Position numbers and translations under genes: made by a program. The notes beneath the pieces were generated by a model that saw only the letters and a list, made by a program, of their open reading frames with translations, was not told the DNA's origin and did no database searches. Shown here in pieces: positions 9,164 through 17,687 of a stretch of DNA of 64,000 nucleotides. Origin of the DNA: an uncultured Hyphomicrobium sp. GTDB taxonomy: Bacteria; Pseudomonadota; Alphaproteobacteria; Rhizobiales; Hyphomicrobiaceae. Location of the stretch: positions 2,469-66,468 of the forward strand of contig CAZDUD010000002.1 in NCBI GenBank assembly GCA_964508485.1, read 5' to 3'. The first letter of the stretch is position 1. Each line of letters begins with the position of its first letter.

Positions 9164-10315
9164 CTAGAGCACCCATTCAATCACATTTGGTGTCCCATTC
9201 TTTCCGGCAAGGTGCGCATCGATCTCTTTGCGTCGCAGGAGCCCGGTTTGCGTGTCGACAAAGCCGAGAACCGCGGCCGCGTTGAGCGAGGCGGCCCTGA
9301 GCGCCGCGCTCACCGGGCTGCCGCCTGCCGCATAGGCGGAGAATGTCGAGACAAAGGCGTCTCCGGCCCCTGCCGTGCCTGCCACAGGGGCCTCATGGGC
9401 GGGGCAGTAGAGCAGGCGGTCGCCGGCGGTGGCGAACGCCCCGTCGCGCCCATCCGTAAGGACCACGGTCCCGACCCCGCGCCGGACGAGGGCGCGACAG
9501 AATGCCCGCACGCTCATCCTGCGGCTTTCGAATTTGAGGCCCCGCGCCGCGAGCGGGGGAGGGGCAAGGTTACCGGGAAAATCGAGTCCGGCTTCGCCGT
9601 CGTCGCCATCGCGGTCGATGAGCGAGACCACCTCGTCCGCTTCGCGACGATTGAGAGCCAGGATATTGAGGCGCGGGAGCGAGGCCCGGAACGCCTCCCC
9701 GTGCCCGTGCAATTGCCGGATCCCGGGATTGGCGGCGACGCGCGCGCCAGCGGCATGCGCCTTCTCGATGATTTTGGGAAAGCAGCGCGCAGCCTCGTTG
9801 GAGAGGTTGGCGATATGGACGAGGTCCGTCGCGAACGCGGCATCGGGAAGCTCGTCGGGCGTGAGATGGGTATTCGCGCCGCGAAAGGTGAACACGGCGG
9901 CGTTACGCTCATGGGACGAGACGAGCACGGAGGCCCCGGTCGGCGCTGTCGCATCGCGGAGCGCCCAACGATGCGAGACGCCCTCCGCATCAAGGCAGGC
10001 GAGGATCTGCTCCGCACGCCGGTCATGACCGAGCTTCACCAGCACGGAGCAGTCGAGCCCCAGGCGCGCAAACGCGACGGCGGCGTTGATCGCCCCGCCG
10101 CCGCAATGCGTGGACACCTCGAGGGCCTCCGTCTTGCGGCCCTCTTCGAGCAGCAGGAACGATGCGCCCAGGTTGTTGAGGGTCATGCGCTCGATGGCGG
10201 CGCTGTCGATGATGGCGATGGTGTCGATCATGGCGCCGCCGACCGTGAGCACCTTGAGCCGCCCGTCCCGCTCGGAACGGCTGACAACGGGTCGCGTTGT
10301 GGCGTCAGCGCTCAT
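9164..10315 (-). CDS. PfkB/ribokinase-family carbohydrate kinase
   Basis: GGGAINAAVAFARLG, NRRE, LTDGRDG and GTAGAGDAF anion-hole motif. Confidence 0.88.
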   Translation of the reverse strand: MSADATTRPVVSRSERDGRLKVLTVGGAMIDTIAIIDSAAIERMTLNNLGASFLLLEEGRKTEALEVSTHCGGGAINAAVAFARLGLDCSVLVKLGHDRRAEQILACLDAEGVSHRWALRDATAPTGASVLVSSHERNAAVFTFRGANTHLTPDELPDAAFATDLVHIANLSNEAARCFPKIIEKAHAAGARVAANPGIRQLHGHGEAFRASLPRLNILALNRREADEVVSLIDRDGDDGEAGLDFPGNLAPPPLAARGLKFESRRMSVRAFCRALVRRGVGTVVLTDGRDGAFATAGDRLLYCPAHEAPVAGTAGAGDAFVSTFSAYAAGGSPVSAALRAASLNAAAVLGFVDTQTGLLRRKEIDAHLAGKNGTPNVIEWVL

Positions 10316-10392
10316 TCGTGGTGGCTCTCGCGCCTCCGGCGCCTTTGACCGGCCGGGCTTCAGTGCGGCGGCCAGATAATATGCTTACGAGA

Positions 10393-12225
10393 TCAAACGT
10401 TTGATGTCACGCCAGGTTCCGGCGCAGGCGAATGCGGCCAGGCCTCCGCCCAGGATCGCGAAAGGTTCATGCAGGAGTTGACGATCCCCGCCATGGAGTA
10501 GGTCTGCGGCAGGTTCCCCCAGAGCTGTCCGGTGGTCGGGTGGATATCTTCCGACAGGATGCCGAACGCGTTGCGCCGGGAGAGAAGGTCGCCGAGCATC
10601 TCGCGCGCCTGCTCCACGCGCCCAGCAGCCGTCAGGGCGTCGATGTACCAGAACTGGCAGGCGAGGAACGACGTCTCCGCCGCACCGAAATCGTCGTTCG
10701 TGTAGCGTAGCATGAAGCCGTTGCGCCCGAGTTCGCGCCCAACCACGTCGAGTGTTTTCGTAAAGCGCGGATCGCCGGCGGAGATCAGGCCCAGCTCCGG
10801 CAACAGAAGCACGCAGGCATCGAGGTCGTCGCTGTCGAGCGCGCCGGCAAACGCGCCGGCCTTGTCGCTCCACGCACGCGTAAGGATTTCCCTGCGCAAC
10901 CGGTCCGCGTTCTGCCGCCACTGCGCGGCATCTTCGGCAAGCCCGAGGATCTGCGCGATGCGCGCCAGCCGGTCGAGCGAAACCCAACACATGGTTGCAG
11001 AGTGCGTGTGCACGCGTTTGCGCCCGCGGTACTCCCACAATCCCGCATCGGGCTCCTGAACCACGCGCAGCGCGTGATAGCCGAGAACCTCGATGCGCCG
11101 GAAAAGCGCTTCGTCCCCCATCCGCGGCAGACGCTGGTCGATGAACATCTGCGACACGCCGAGAATGATGCTGCCGTAGGAGTCGTGCTGCTGCTGCTCG
11201 GCCGCCTGGTTGCCGACCCGAACGGGTCCCATGCCAAGGAAACCGGGCAGATGCTCCGCGAAGCTCTCGACGAGAGACTGGTCGTGCACGATGCCGTACA
11301 CGGGGGCCAGCACGCCCTTGGCGCCGATGACCAGAGTCGTGATGTAGTCGAGGTAGGCTTCCATCGTTTGCGTCGCACCGAGGCGGTTCAGCGCCATGAT
11401 CACGAAGTAGGCGTCGCGAAGCCAGCAATAGCGATAGTCCCACGTGCGCTGGGTGCCGGGCGCTTCGGGGATCGACGTCGTGTGGGCGGCGACGATGGCG
11501 CCGGTTTCGTCGAAGGTGCAGAGCTGCAGCGTGATGGCCGCGCGGATGACGTCCGTCTGCCAATCGAGCGGTATGGCGAGCCCGCGCACCCAGTTCGTCC
11601 AGTAGTCGCGCGTGCGTTCGAGCGCCTCGCGCGAGACCGTGTCGGCCGCGGCCTCGAGCGACTCGTCGGGGCCGAACACCAGCGTTACCGGCCGCGAAAG
11701 GGCAAACGATGTCTCGTGCACGATGTAGGAGAGCGGCGCGTCCGTCGTGAGGCGCAGCGTAAGATCGCCGCCGCTGAAGCGGATGTGGTTCGATCCGACC
11801 ACCTGCGCAGGCCGCGGCTGGCCGTAGTTGAATGTCGGGCGCACGCGGATCTTGATGCGCGGCAGCCCGATCGGCTCGATGCGCCGGATGATCTGCGCGG
11901 GATGCAGCATGCGCTCGAAGCGCGGATAGCGCGGCGCGAAATCGATGATCCGCACGCCGTTGCCCTGGTCGTCCTCGATCGTCGTCTCGACGATCGCCGT
12001 ATTGCGCAGATACCCCGAGTGGGTGCGCACCGCGCCCTCGACGACGATGTCGGTGAAGCCCTTCTCTTCGTCACCGGCAAGCAGACGGGAGAAAACAGGG
12101 TCGCCGTCGAAGCGGGGGAAGCACCACCAGACGATACGGGCGGAGCGATCAAGAAGCGCGGCGATACGGCCATTGCCGATGATGGCGAAATCGAGCGGTT
12201 GAGCAGGACGCTGTTCCGCGATCAT
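10393..12225 (-). CDS. Glycoside hydrolase family 15 (trehalase/glucoamylase-like)
   Basis: AIIGNG, WWCFPRFD, TTSIPE, WDYRYCWLRD, DAGLWEYR and LSED...WGNLPQTYS. The start could be ATG 12225 or TTG 12261. Confidence 0.92.
   Translation of the reverse strand: MIAEQRPAQPLDFAIIGNGRIAALLDRSARIVWWCFPRFDGDPVFSRLLAGDEEKGFTDIVVEGAVRTHSGYLRNTAIVETTIEDDQGNGVRIIDFAPRYPRFERMLHPAQIIRRIEPIGLPRIKIRVRPTFNYGQPRPAQVVGSNHIRFSGGDLTLRLTTDAPLSYIVHETSFALSRPVTLVFGPDESLEAAADTVSREALERTRDYWTNWVRGLAIPLDWQTDVIRAAITLQLCTFDETGAIVAAHTTSIPEAPGTQRTWDYRYCWLRDAYFVIMALNRLGATQTMEAYLDYITTLVIGAKGVLAPVYGIVHDQSLVESFAEHLPGFLGMGPVRVGNQAAEQQQHDSYGSIILGVSQMFIDQRLPRMGDEALFRRIEVLGYHALRVVQEPDAGLWEYRGRKRVHTHSATMCWVSLDRLARIAQILGLAEDAAQWRQNADRLRREILTRAWSDKAGAFAGALDSDDLDACVLLLPELGLISAGDPRFTKTLDVVGRELGRNGFMLRYTNDDFGAAETSFLACQFWYIDALTAAGRVEQAREMLGDLLSRRNAFGILSEDIHPTTGQLWGNLPQTYSMAGIVNSCMNLSRSWAEAWPHSPAPEPGVTSNV
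10396..10420 (-). promoter_or_regulatory. Sigma-EcfG-type promoter inside the 3' end of the GH15 gene, facing pfkB-otsB
   Basis: The minus strand reads GGAAC-N16-CGTT about 80 nt before the pfkB ATG. Confidence 0.6.
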
Positions 12226-12382
12226 GGAGATCTGCTCGAGCGATTGAAGCGGCAGGGTCAAGCGAGGGCGTGTCCGCGTTTATGAGGTTGTTTGGAGCGT
12301 CCAGTTTGGGCTCGGCCGCGGCACGACGCGGGTGTGTGGCATTGTGTCCGGTGGGCACGGAGCCGCAATGCGACGCCGCGTT

Positions 12383-12475
12383 TCAATCACTTTCGGTGCG
12401 GAAAAGCCAAGCGGGGACGCCAAGGATCATAATGACCATCGTGGCGCACAACACAATCATGAATATGGCGGCCAT
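12383..12475 (-). CDS. Possible 30-aa membrane microprotein MAAIFMIVLCATMVIMILGVPAWLFRTESD
   Basis: Hand-translated ORF forming one clean hydrophobic helix. The RBS is weak and it lies just after a terminator. Confidence 0.35.
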   Translation of the reverse strand: MAAIFMIVLCATMVIMILGVPAWLFRTESD

Positions 12476-12496
12476 TTCCGTGGCTGGTTAAGAGGC

Positions 12497-12536
12497 AAAA
12501 AAAATCCGCTGCGGGCGCATGATGGCGCCCGCAGCG
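12497..12536 (-). terminator. Intrinsic terminator of the EF-hand protein gene
   Basis: 12-bp stem CGCTGCGGGCGC / GCGCCCGCAGCG with a T8 tail on the minus strand. Confidence 0.85.
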
Positions 12537-12551
12537 ACAGCGTGGCGGAGA

Positions 12552-12893
12552 TCAGTATTTCTCGCCCTTGGGAGCATTGGAGCTGCCCGATGCGCCCTCA
12601 CTGGCGCCCGTGCTGGCGGAGTCGTGGACCAGGCCTTTCTTACAACCCGACATGAATTCCGCGCTCGAGAGTTGGCCGTCCGCGTTGGCATCAACCTTGC
12701 TGAAATTGCTGACATAGGGCTGGGCCTGAGCGCTCGTCAGGGAGCCGCCACCAGCCGAATCGGCACGACCCCAGATCGCGCTGCACTCGGCATTCGACAG
12801 TTTGGCATTTGCGGCCGTGGCCATGTGAACGGGAAAACTGGCTCCGGCAGTGGCAAGGAGAGCGGCTATGCTCATACCGCACAGCTTTTTCAT
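12552..12893 (-). CDS. Small secreted EF-hand protein
   Basis: GAGGAG RBS, signal peptide, canonical loop DANADGQLSSAE, degenerate loop DSAGGGSLTSAQ and two Cys in the mature part. Confidence 0.82.
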   Translation of the reverse strand: MKKLCGMSIAALLATAGASFPVHMATAANAKLSNAECSAIWGRADSAGGGSLTSAQAQPYVSNFSKVDANADGQLSSAEFMSGCKKGLVHDSASTGASEGASGSSNAPKGEKY

Positions 12894-12955
12894 TGATTCT
12901 ACTCCTCTATCCATTTCAAATGGGCTGGGCTCGGTATGAGCCTGGCCGCGGCATC

Positions 12956-12980
12956 AACGCACGGCCATGTTGGGGGTTCC
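12956..12980 (-). promoter_or_regulatory. Sigma-EcfG-type promoter
   Basis: Minus-strand GGAAC-N16-CGTT about 60 nt before ATG 12893. Confidence 0.75.
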
Positions 12981-13072
12981 GCCGTAAATTGGGACACACG
13001 GCCGGGTGCGTGGTTCGACGCGCGCGAAATGGGACAATCCGAAGGGGTGGACGAGACGGGGGGCAGGCTTCG

Positions 13073-14155
13073 ATGATCCGGACGATGGGGGCCGCGGGCG
13101 CAAGGCCGCGGCGGTTGTGCCGCTTCGGCGCATGGTGGACACGCGCAACCGCGATGGTGTTTGGGGCACTGCTGTCGATCGTCGCCGTCGCGACCATCTC
13201 GACGCCCACGCGCGCATCCGACGTCTTCGGCCCGTTTGGTCCCGAAGGCCCGCGCTTGCGCGAGCAGCTCTGGATTCTCCCGAGCGCCGATCGCGACTAT
13301 CCGCTGCGGGCGACGGTCTTCCGTCCCGCCGACGCGCCGGGCGAGAACGGCACCACACGCCATCCCCTGGTCGTCATCAATCACGGCACATCCGATGCGA
13401 CGCGTCTCGCCGTCGCCATGCCGGTTTACTATTGGCTCTCGCGCTGGTTCGTCGAGCGCGGCTATGTCGTCGTGCTGCCGCAGCGCCGCGGGCATGGGGC
13501 AACCGGCGGCCCGATGGCGGAGTCCATCGGAAGCTGCGCCGATCCGGATCACTTCCGCTCCGGTCTTGCCGCCGCAGACGACATCCAGGGTGCGGTCGAC
13601 TACATGTCGGCGCAACCGTTCGTCGAGCCCGGTGAGACGGTCGTCGTCGGCATCTCGTCGGGTGGCTGGGCCTCGCTGGCACTCGCGTCGCGCAATCCCG
13701 CCAACGTACGCGCCGTGATCAACATCGCGGGCGGCCGCGGCGGTCGGCCCTTCGGCCAGCGCGTGGACACCGTTTGCGGCGAGGAGCGCCTGCTGGAGGC
13801 AGCACGCGCCTTCGGCCATACCGCGCACGCCCCGACCCTATGGCTCTATGCAACGAACGACAGCTACTTCCGCCCCGATCTCGCACGCGCCCTGGCGTCT
13901 GCATGGCAGGACGGCGGGGGCAAGGCCGAGCTGCACGTCTTCCCGGCGTATGGGGCGGATGGGCATAATCTTGCCGATGACCGCGCCGGATGGGATATCT
14001 GGGGCACGGCCGTCGAGAATTTCCTGGCCGGCAGCCGCAACAAGACGCCTGTCGCGACGCTCGATCCGGAGACAGGCCCGCTTGGACCTGCGGCTGCGGA
14101 GGCGCCCGCACCTGTCGCCACGGCCGCCTCTGACGGCGTGACGCAAGCCCCGTGA
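13073..14155 (+). CDS. Exported alpha/beta hydrolase (dienelactone hydrolase-like)
   Basis: VVINHG, RRGHG, nucleophile GISSGG, NDSYF and DGH triad. The start is uncertain (13073 or 13154). Confidence 0.82.
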   Translation: MIRTMGAAGARPRRLCRFGAWWTRATAMVFGALLSIVAVATISTPTRASDVFGPFGPEGPRLREQLWILPSADRDYPLRATVFRPADAPGENGTTRHPLVVINHGTSDATRLAVAMPVYYWLSRWFVERGYVVVLPQRRGHGATGGPMAESIGSCADPDHFRSGLAAADDIQGAVDYMSAQPFVEPGETVVVGISSGGWASLALASRNPANVRAVINIAGGRGGRPFGQRVDTVCGEERLLEAARAFGHTAHAPTLWLYATNDSYFRPDLARALASAWQDGGGKAELHVFPAYGADGHNLADDRAGWDIWGTAVENFLAGSRNKTPVATLDPETGPLGPAAAEAPAPVATAASDGVTQAP

Positions 14156-14159
14156 CGGC

Positions 14160-14184
14160 GGAACATTCCTGAACCGTCGCCGTT
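14160..14184 (+). promoter_or_regulatory. Sigma-EcfG-type promoter
   Basis: GGAAC-N16-CGTT upstream of ATG 14294. Confidence 0.75.
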
Positions 14185-14293
14185 GTGGTTGGCCAGCCGT
14201 CCGGACGCCTGCAAAGTGAAGTAACCATCCCCTCAAGACGCGAGCAGGGGCCCGAGCAGCGCAGGGTATTGCTTTGCGCGTGGAGAAGACCAG

Positions 14294-15349
14294 ATGAAGA
14301 TCTTCAACTGCTCGTCCTGCAACGCGCGCATCTATTTCCCGAACGACATCTGCCTCACCTGCGGCCATAGCCTTGGCTTCGATGCCGATACGCTGGCGAT
14401 CGTCGCGCTCGATCCCGTGGACGACGACGGCCTTTTCCGCAAAGTGACCATCCGCAACGGCAAGGATGTTTCGAGCGACGTGCGTTACTGCGAGAACGCC
14501 TTGCACGGCGCCTGCAACTGGCTCGTGCCGGATGGCGCAGAGCCGGCGCTTTGCAAGGCGTGCGCATGCAATCGCACCATCCCCAACCTCTCCGAGCCGG
14601 GCCGGATCGAGGCCTGGCGCGAGGTCGAGCAGGCCAAGAAGCGTCTCTGCTATTCCCTTTTGAGATTTGGCCTCCCGCTCGATGGCGGGTCGCAGGGCGC
14701 GCCTCCGCTCATCTTCGATTTCGTCGCCGAGGCGGTGACCGGCCACTTCAATGGCGTCATCACTGTCGACGTTCTGGAGGCCGATTCCGTCGAGCGTGAG
14801 CGCCGTCGCCTGCAGTTCGACGAGCCCTATCGATCGTTGCTCGGCCACTTGCGCCACGAAAGCGGACACTACTACTGGATGCTGCTCGTGGAGCGCGGCG
14901 GCGCCATCGAGGAGTTCCGCGCTCTCTTCGGCGACGAGCAGCACGACTATCAGGCGGCGCTCTCCGCTTACTATGCCAACGGCGCGCCACCGAATTGGGC
15001 CGAAAGCTACGTCTCCACATATGCAAGCTCCCATCCCTGGGAGGACTGGGCGGAAACGTGGGCGCACTATCTGCACATGGTCGATGCCGTCGAGACGGCC
15101 GAAGCCGCGGGCATGGAGCCGCGCGCCGCAGGTCTCTTGTTCGGTGCCGCATGGCCGTTCAAGAAATACGACGTCTATCGCCAGGAGAGCTTCGCCTCGC
15201 TGATGGAGCGCTGGGTGCCGCTCACGCTGGCTCTGAACAGCCTGAGCCGAAGCCTCGGCCACCGGGATTTCTATCCGTTCGTGATATCCGCAACCGCCCG
15301 CGCCAAGCTCGAATTCGTGCACCGGCTCATCCGCAACAGCGCCCGCTGA
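14294..15349 (+). CDS. Zinc-ribbon-containing putative zinc metallopeptidase
   Basis: N-terminal CxxC...CxxC, further Cys motifs, EPYRSLLGHLRHESGHYYW (HExxH) and HPWEDWAETWAHYLH. Confidence 0.88.
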   Translation: MKIFNCSSCNARIYFPNDICLTCGHSLGFDADTLAIVALDPVDDDGLFRKVTIRNGKDVSSDVRYCENALHGACNWLVPDGAEPALCKACACNRTIPNLSEPGRIEAWREVEQAKKRLCYSLLRFGLPLDGGSQGAPPLIFDFVAEAVTGHFNGVITVDVLEADSVERERRRLQFDEPYRSLLGHLRHESGHYYWMLLVERGGAIEEFRALFGDEQHDYQAALSAYYANGAPPNWAESYVSTYASSHPWEDWAETWAHYLHMVDAVETAEAAGMEPRAAGLLFGAAWPFKKYDVYRQESFASLMERWVPLTLALNSLSRSLGHRDFYPFVISATARAKLEFVHRLIRNSAR

Positions 15350-15394
15350 GCGCGGTATTTTGCATTCCCCAAACAAACCTGCGGGACGGCGCGA

Positions 15395-15419
15395 GGAACC
15401 AAGAGCGCCGGTCGGCGTT
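15395..15419 (+). promoter_or_regulatory. Sigma-EcfG-type promoter
   Basis: GGAAC-N16-CGTT upstream of ATG 15542. Confidence 0.75.
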
Positions 15420-15541
15420 GGTTCGACAGGCGGGCGGTTGCCCGTTGCGCACCTTGATTCATAAGTGCGACGCACATTGGCCCACGCGAATTCGCAGAAG
15501 CCGGTGCAAGAACACCCCGAAACAAAAAGGGAGATGATCCT

Positions 15542-16090
15542 ATGAAATCCAAGTTGCTGTCTGCGATCTGCATGCCGGCGGCTCTGGCTGTTGGCGCCGC
15601 GACTGCATTTGCCCAGACACCGCCGCCGGCCCCGTCACCATCTCCGTCGGCGCCTGCCGAGAATATGCCTGAGACCAGTCCCGCGCCGTCACCGTCGCCC
15701 GCGCCGTCCGTGACGGAACCGGCACCCGCGACCCCGGACACCAGCGCTGAGATGAAGAGCCCGTCGGCCGGTACCTTCGCGGCGAACCAGGCTGCGGATG
15801 AGTGGCGTTCGAGCAAGCTCGTCGGTCTCACGGTCTACAACGCGGCCAACGAGAAGGTCGGCGACATCAACGACCTGATCCTGGGACCGGACGGCAAGAT
15901 CTCGAACGCTGTCATCGGCGTCGGTGGTTTCCTCGGTATGGGTGAGAAGCTGGTTGCCGTTGCGTTCAACGACCTGCAGCTCAACCGCGACACCGACGGC
16001 ACCATGCGTGTGACGATCAACAGCTCGAAGGAGGCGCTCGAGAACGCGCCTGAGTTCAAGTACTACACGGAAACCAAAAAGGCCGACTAA
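15542..16090 (+). CDS. Secreted PRC-barrel domain protein
   Basis: Signal peptide, Pro/Ser linker, then SSKLVGLTVYN..EKVGDINDL..VIGVGGFLGMGEK. Confidence 0.9.
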   Translation: MKSKLLSAICMPAALAVGAATAFAQTPPPAPSPSPSAPAENMPETSPAPSPSPAPSVTEPAPATPDTSAEMKSPSAGTFAANQAADEWRSSKLVGLTVYNAANEKVGDINDLILGPDGKISNAVIGVGGFLGMGEKLVAVAFNDLQLNRDTDGTMRVTINSSKEALENAPEFKYYTETKKAD

Positions 16091-16113
16091 CCGGCCGAAG
16101 GTTCGCAAAGACG

Positions 16114-16149
16114 GGCGGGAAGCGAGCAATCGCTCCCCGCCATTTTTTG
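16114..16149 (+). terminator. Intrinsic terminator
   Basis: GGCGGG.AGCGA / TCGCT.CCCGCC stem followed by ATTTTTT. Confidence 0.7.
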
Positions 16150-16196
16150 CAGGTCACTTTGCGCGCCCGTTCGATCGCAATTGCCTCCCCCACACA

Positions 16197-16223
16197 ATGG
16201 CCGGGCTTGACCCGGCCATCCAG
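16197..16223. repeat. REP-like palindromic element
   Basis: ATGGCCGGG-CTTGA-CCCGGCCAT-CCA, a hairpin type recalled as a dispersed intergenic repeat in Hyphomicrobiales. Confidence 0.65.
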
Positions 16224-16242
16224 GGACTATGCGAAACGCGCC

Positions 16243-17676
16243 CTAGGAAGCCGGTCGCTTCGCAGGCGGCAAGTCGGTGGCGGTTCCTTCGAGGACCTCG
16301 GCGGCCATGCCGATCGATTCCGAGAGCGTGGGGTGCGGATGGATGGTCTTGCCGATGTCGACGGCGTCCGCCCCCATCTCGATGGCAAGCGCCACCTCGC
16401 TGATGAGGTCGCCCGCATGCGCGCCGACGATACCGCCGCCGATGATGCGGTGGCTTTCCTTGTCGAACAGAAGCTTGGTGAACCCTTCGTCGCGCCCCAT
16501 GGCGATGGCGCGCCCCGAGGCGGCCCACGGGAACACGGCCTTGTCGAACGCCGCGCCCTCGGCCTTGAGCTCGTCCTCCGTGCGCCCGACCCAGGCCACC
16601 TCGGGGTCCGTATAGGCCACCGACGGGACCACGCGCGCATCGAAGTGCGACGGCTTCCCCGCCGCAACCTCGGCCGCCACATGTCCCTCATGCACGGCCT
16701 TGTGGGCAAGCATCGGTTGGCCCGCGATATCGCCGATGGCGAAGATGTGCGGCACGTTGGTGCGCATCTGCCCGTCGACCGGCACGAAGCCCTTGGCATC
16801 GACGGTGACGCCGGCCTGCGGTGCGCCGATGCGCTGCCCGTTCGGGCTCCGCCCGACCGCGACCAGCACCAGATCGTAGACCTGCGCCCCCTCCGGCGCG
16901 CCCTCGCCCTCGAAGCGCACGTGGATGCCGTCGCGCTTTGCGTTGGCACCGACCGTCCGCGTCTTGAGCATGACGCGGTTGAAGCGGCTGGCGTTATGCT
17001 TCTGCCAGGTGCGTACGAGGTCGCGGTCGGCGCCGAGCATGAGTCCGTCCAGCATCTCGACGACGTCGATCTTGCTGCCAAGCGCGGCATAGACGGTCGC
17101 CATCTCGAGCCCGATAATGCCGCCACCGATGACCAGCATGCGCTTCGGGATCAAGGGCAGCGCCAGCGCCCCTGTCGAAGAGACGATACGCGGGTCCTCC
17201 GGCAGGAACGGCAGCGAGACGGCCTCGGACCCCGCGGCGATGATCGCATGTTTGAACTGCACGACGGCCGTGCCGCCCTTGGCCAGCGCGACCTCGAGCC
17301 GGTGCGGGTCGCGGAACGCGCCCTTGCCCTGAACGACCATGACCTTGCGCACCTTGGCCATGCCCGCGAGCCCAGTGGTGAGCTTGGCGACCACGGCATC
17401 CTTGTGCGCGCGGAGCTTGTCGAGATCGATGCGCGGGGCTCCGAACCCGACGCCATGCTTGCCGAACGCCGCCGCCTCTGTGATCAGAGACGCGACGTGC
17501 AAGAGCGCCTTCGAGGGAATGCAGCCGACGTTGAGACACACGCCACCGAGCGTTGGATCGCGCTCGATCAACACCGTCTTGAGCCCGAGGTCCGCCGCGC
17601 GAAACGCCGCCGAGTATCCGCCCGGACCGGCGCCGAGCACCGCCACATCGCAATCGATCTGATCACCTTCCGCCAC
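16243..17676 (-). CDS. lpdA: Dihydrolipoamide dehydrogenase (E3)
   Basis: GAGPGG, GGVCLNVGCIPSK, GGGIIG and HPHPTLSE. GTG start with a GGGGAG RBS. Confidence 0.96.
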   Translation of the reverse strand: MAEGDQIDCDVAVLGAGPGGYSAAFRAADLGLKTVLIERDPTLGGVCLNVGCIPSKALLHVASLITEAAAFGKHGVGFGAPRIDLDKLRAHKDAVVAKLTTGLAGMAKVRKVMVVQGKGAFRDPHRLEVALAKGGTAVVQFKHAIIAAGSEAVSLPFLPEDPRIVSSTGALALPLIPKRMLVIGGGIIGLEMATVYAALGSKIDVVEMLDGLMLGADRDLVRTWQKHNASRFNRVMLKTRTVGANAKRDGIHVRFEGEGAPEGAQVYDLVLVAVGRSPNGQRIGAPQAGVTVDAKGFVPVDGQMRTNVPHIFAIGDIAGQPMLAHKAVHEGHVAAEVAAGKPSHFDARVVPSVAYTDPEVAWVGRTEDELKAEGAAFDKAVFPWAASGRAIAMGRDEGFTKLLFDKESHRIIGGGIVGAHAGDLISEVALAIEMGADAVDIGKTIHPHPTLSESIGMAAEVLEGTATDLPPAKRPAS

Positions 17677-17687
17677 GGCGCTCTCCC

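Noticed and set aside
12552-12893. Calling the EF-hand protein lanmodulin
   Set aside because: It has only one canonical loop and no DPDxDG pattern.
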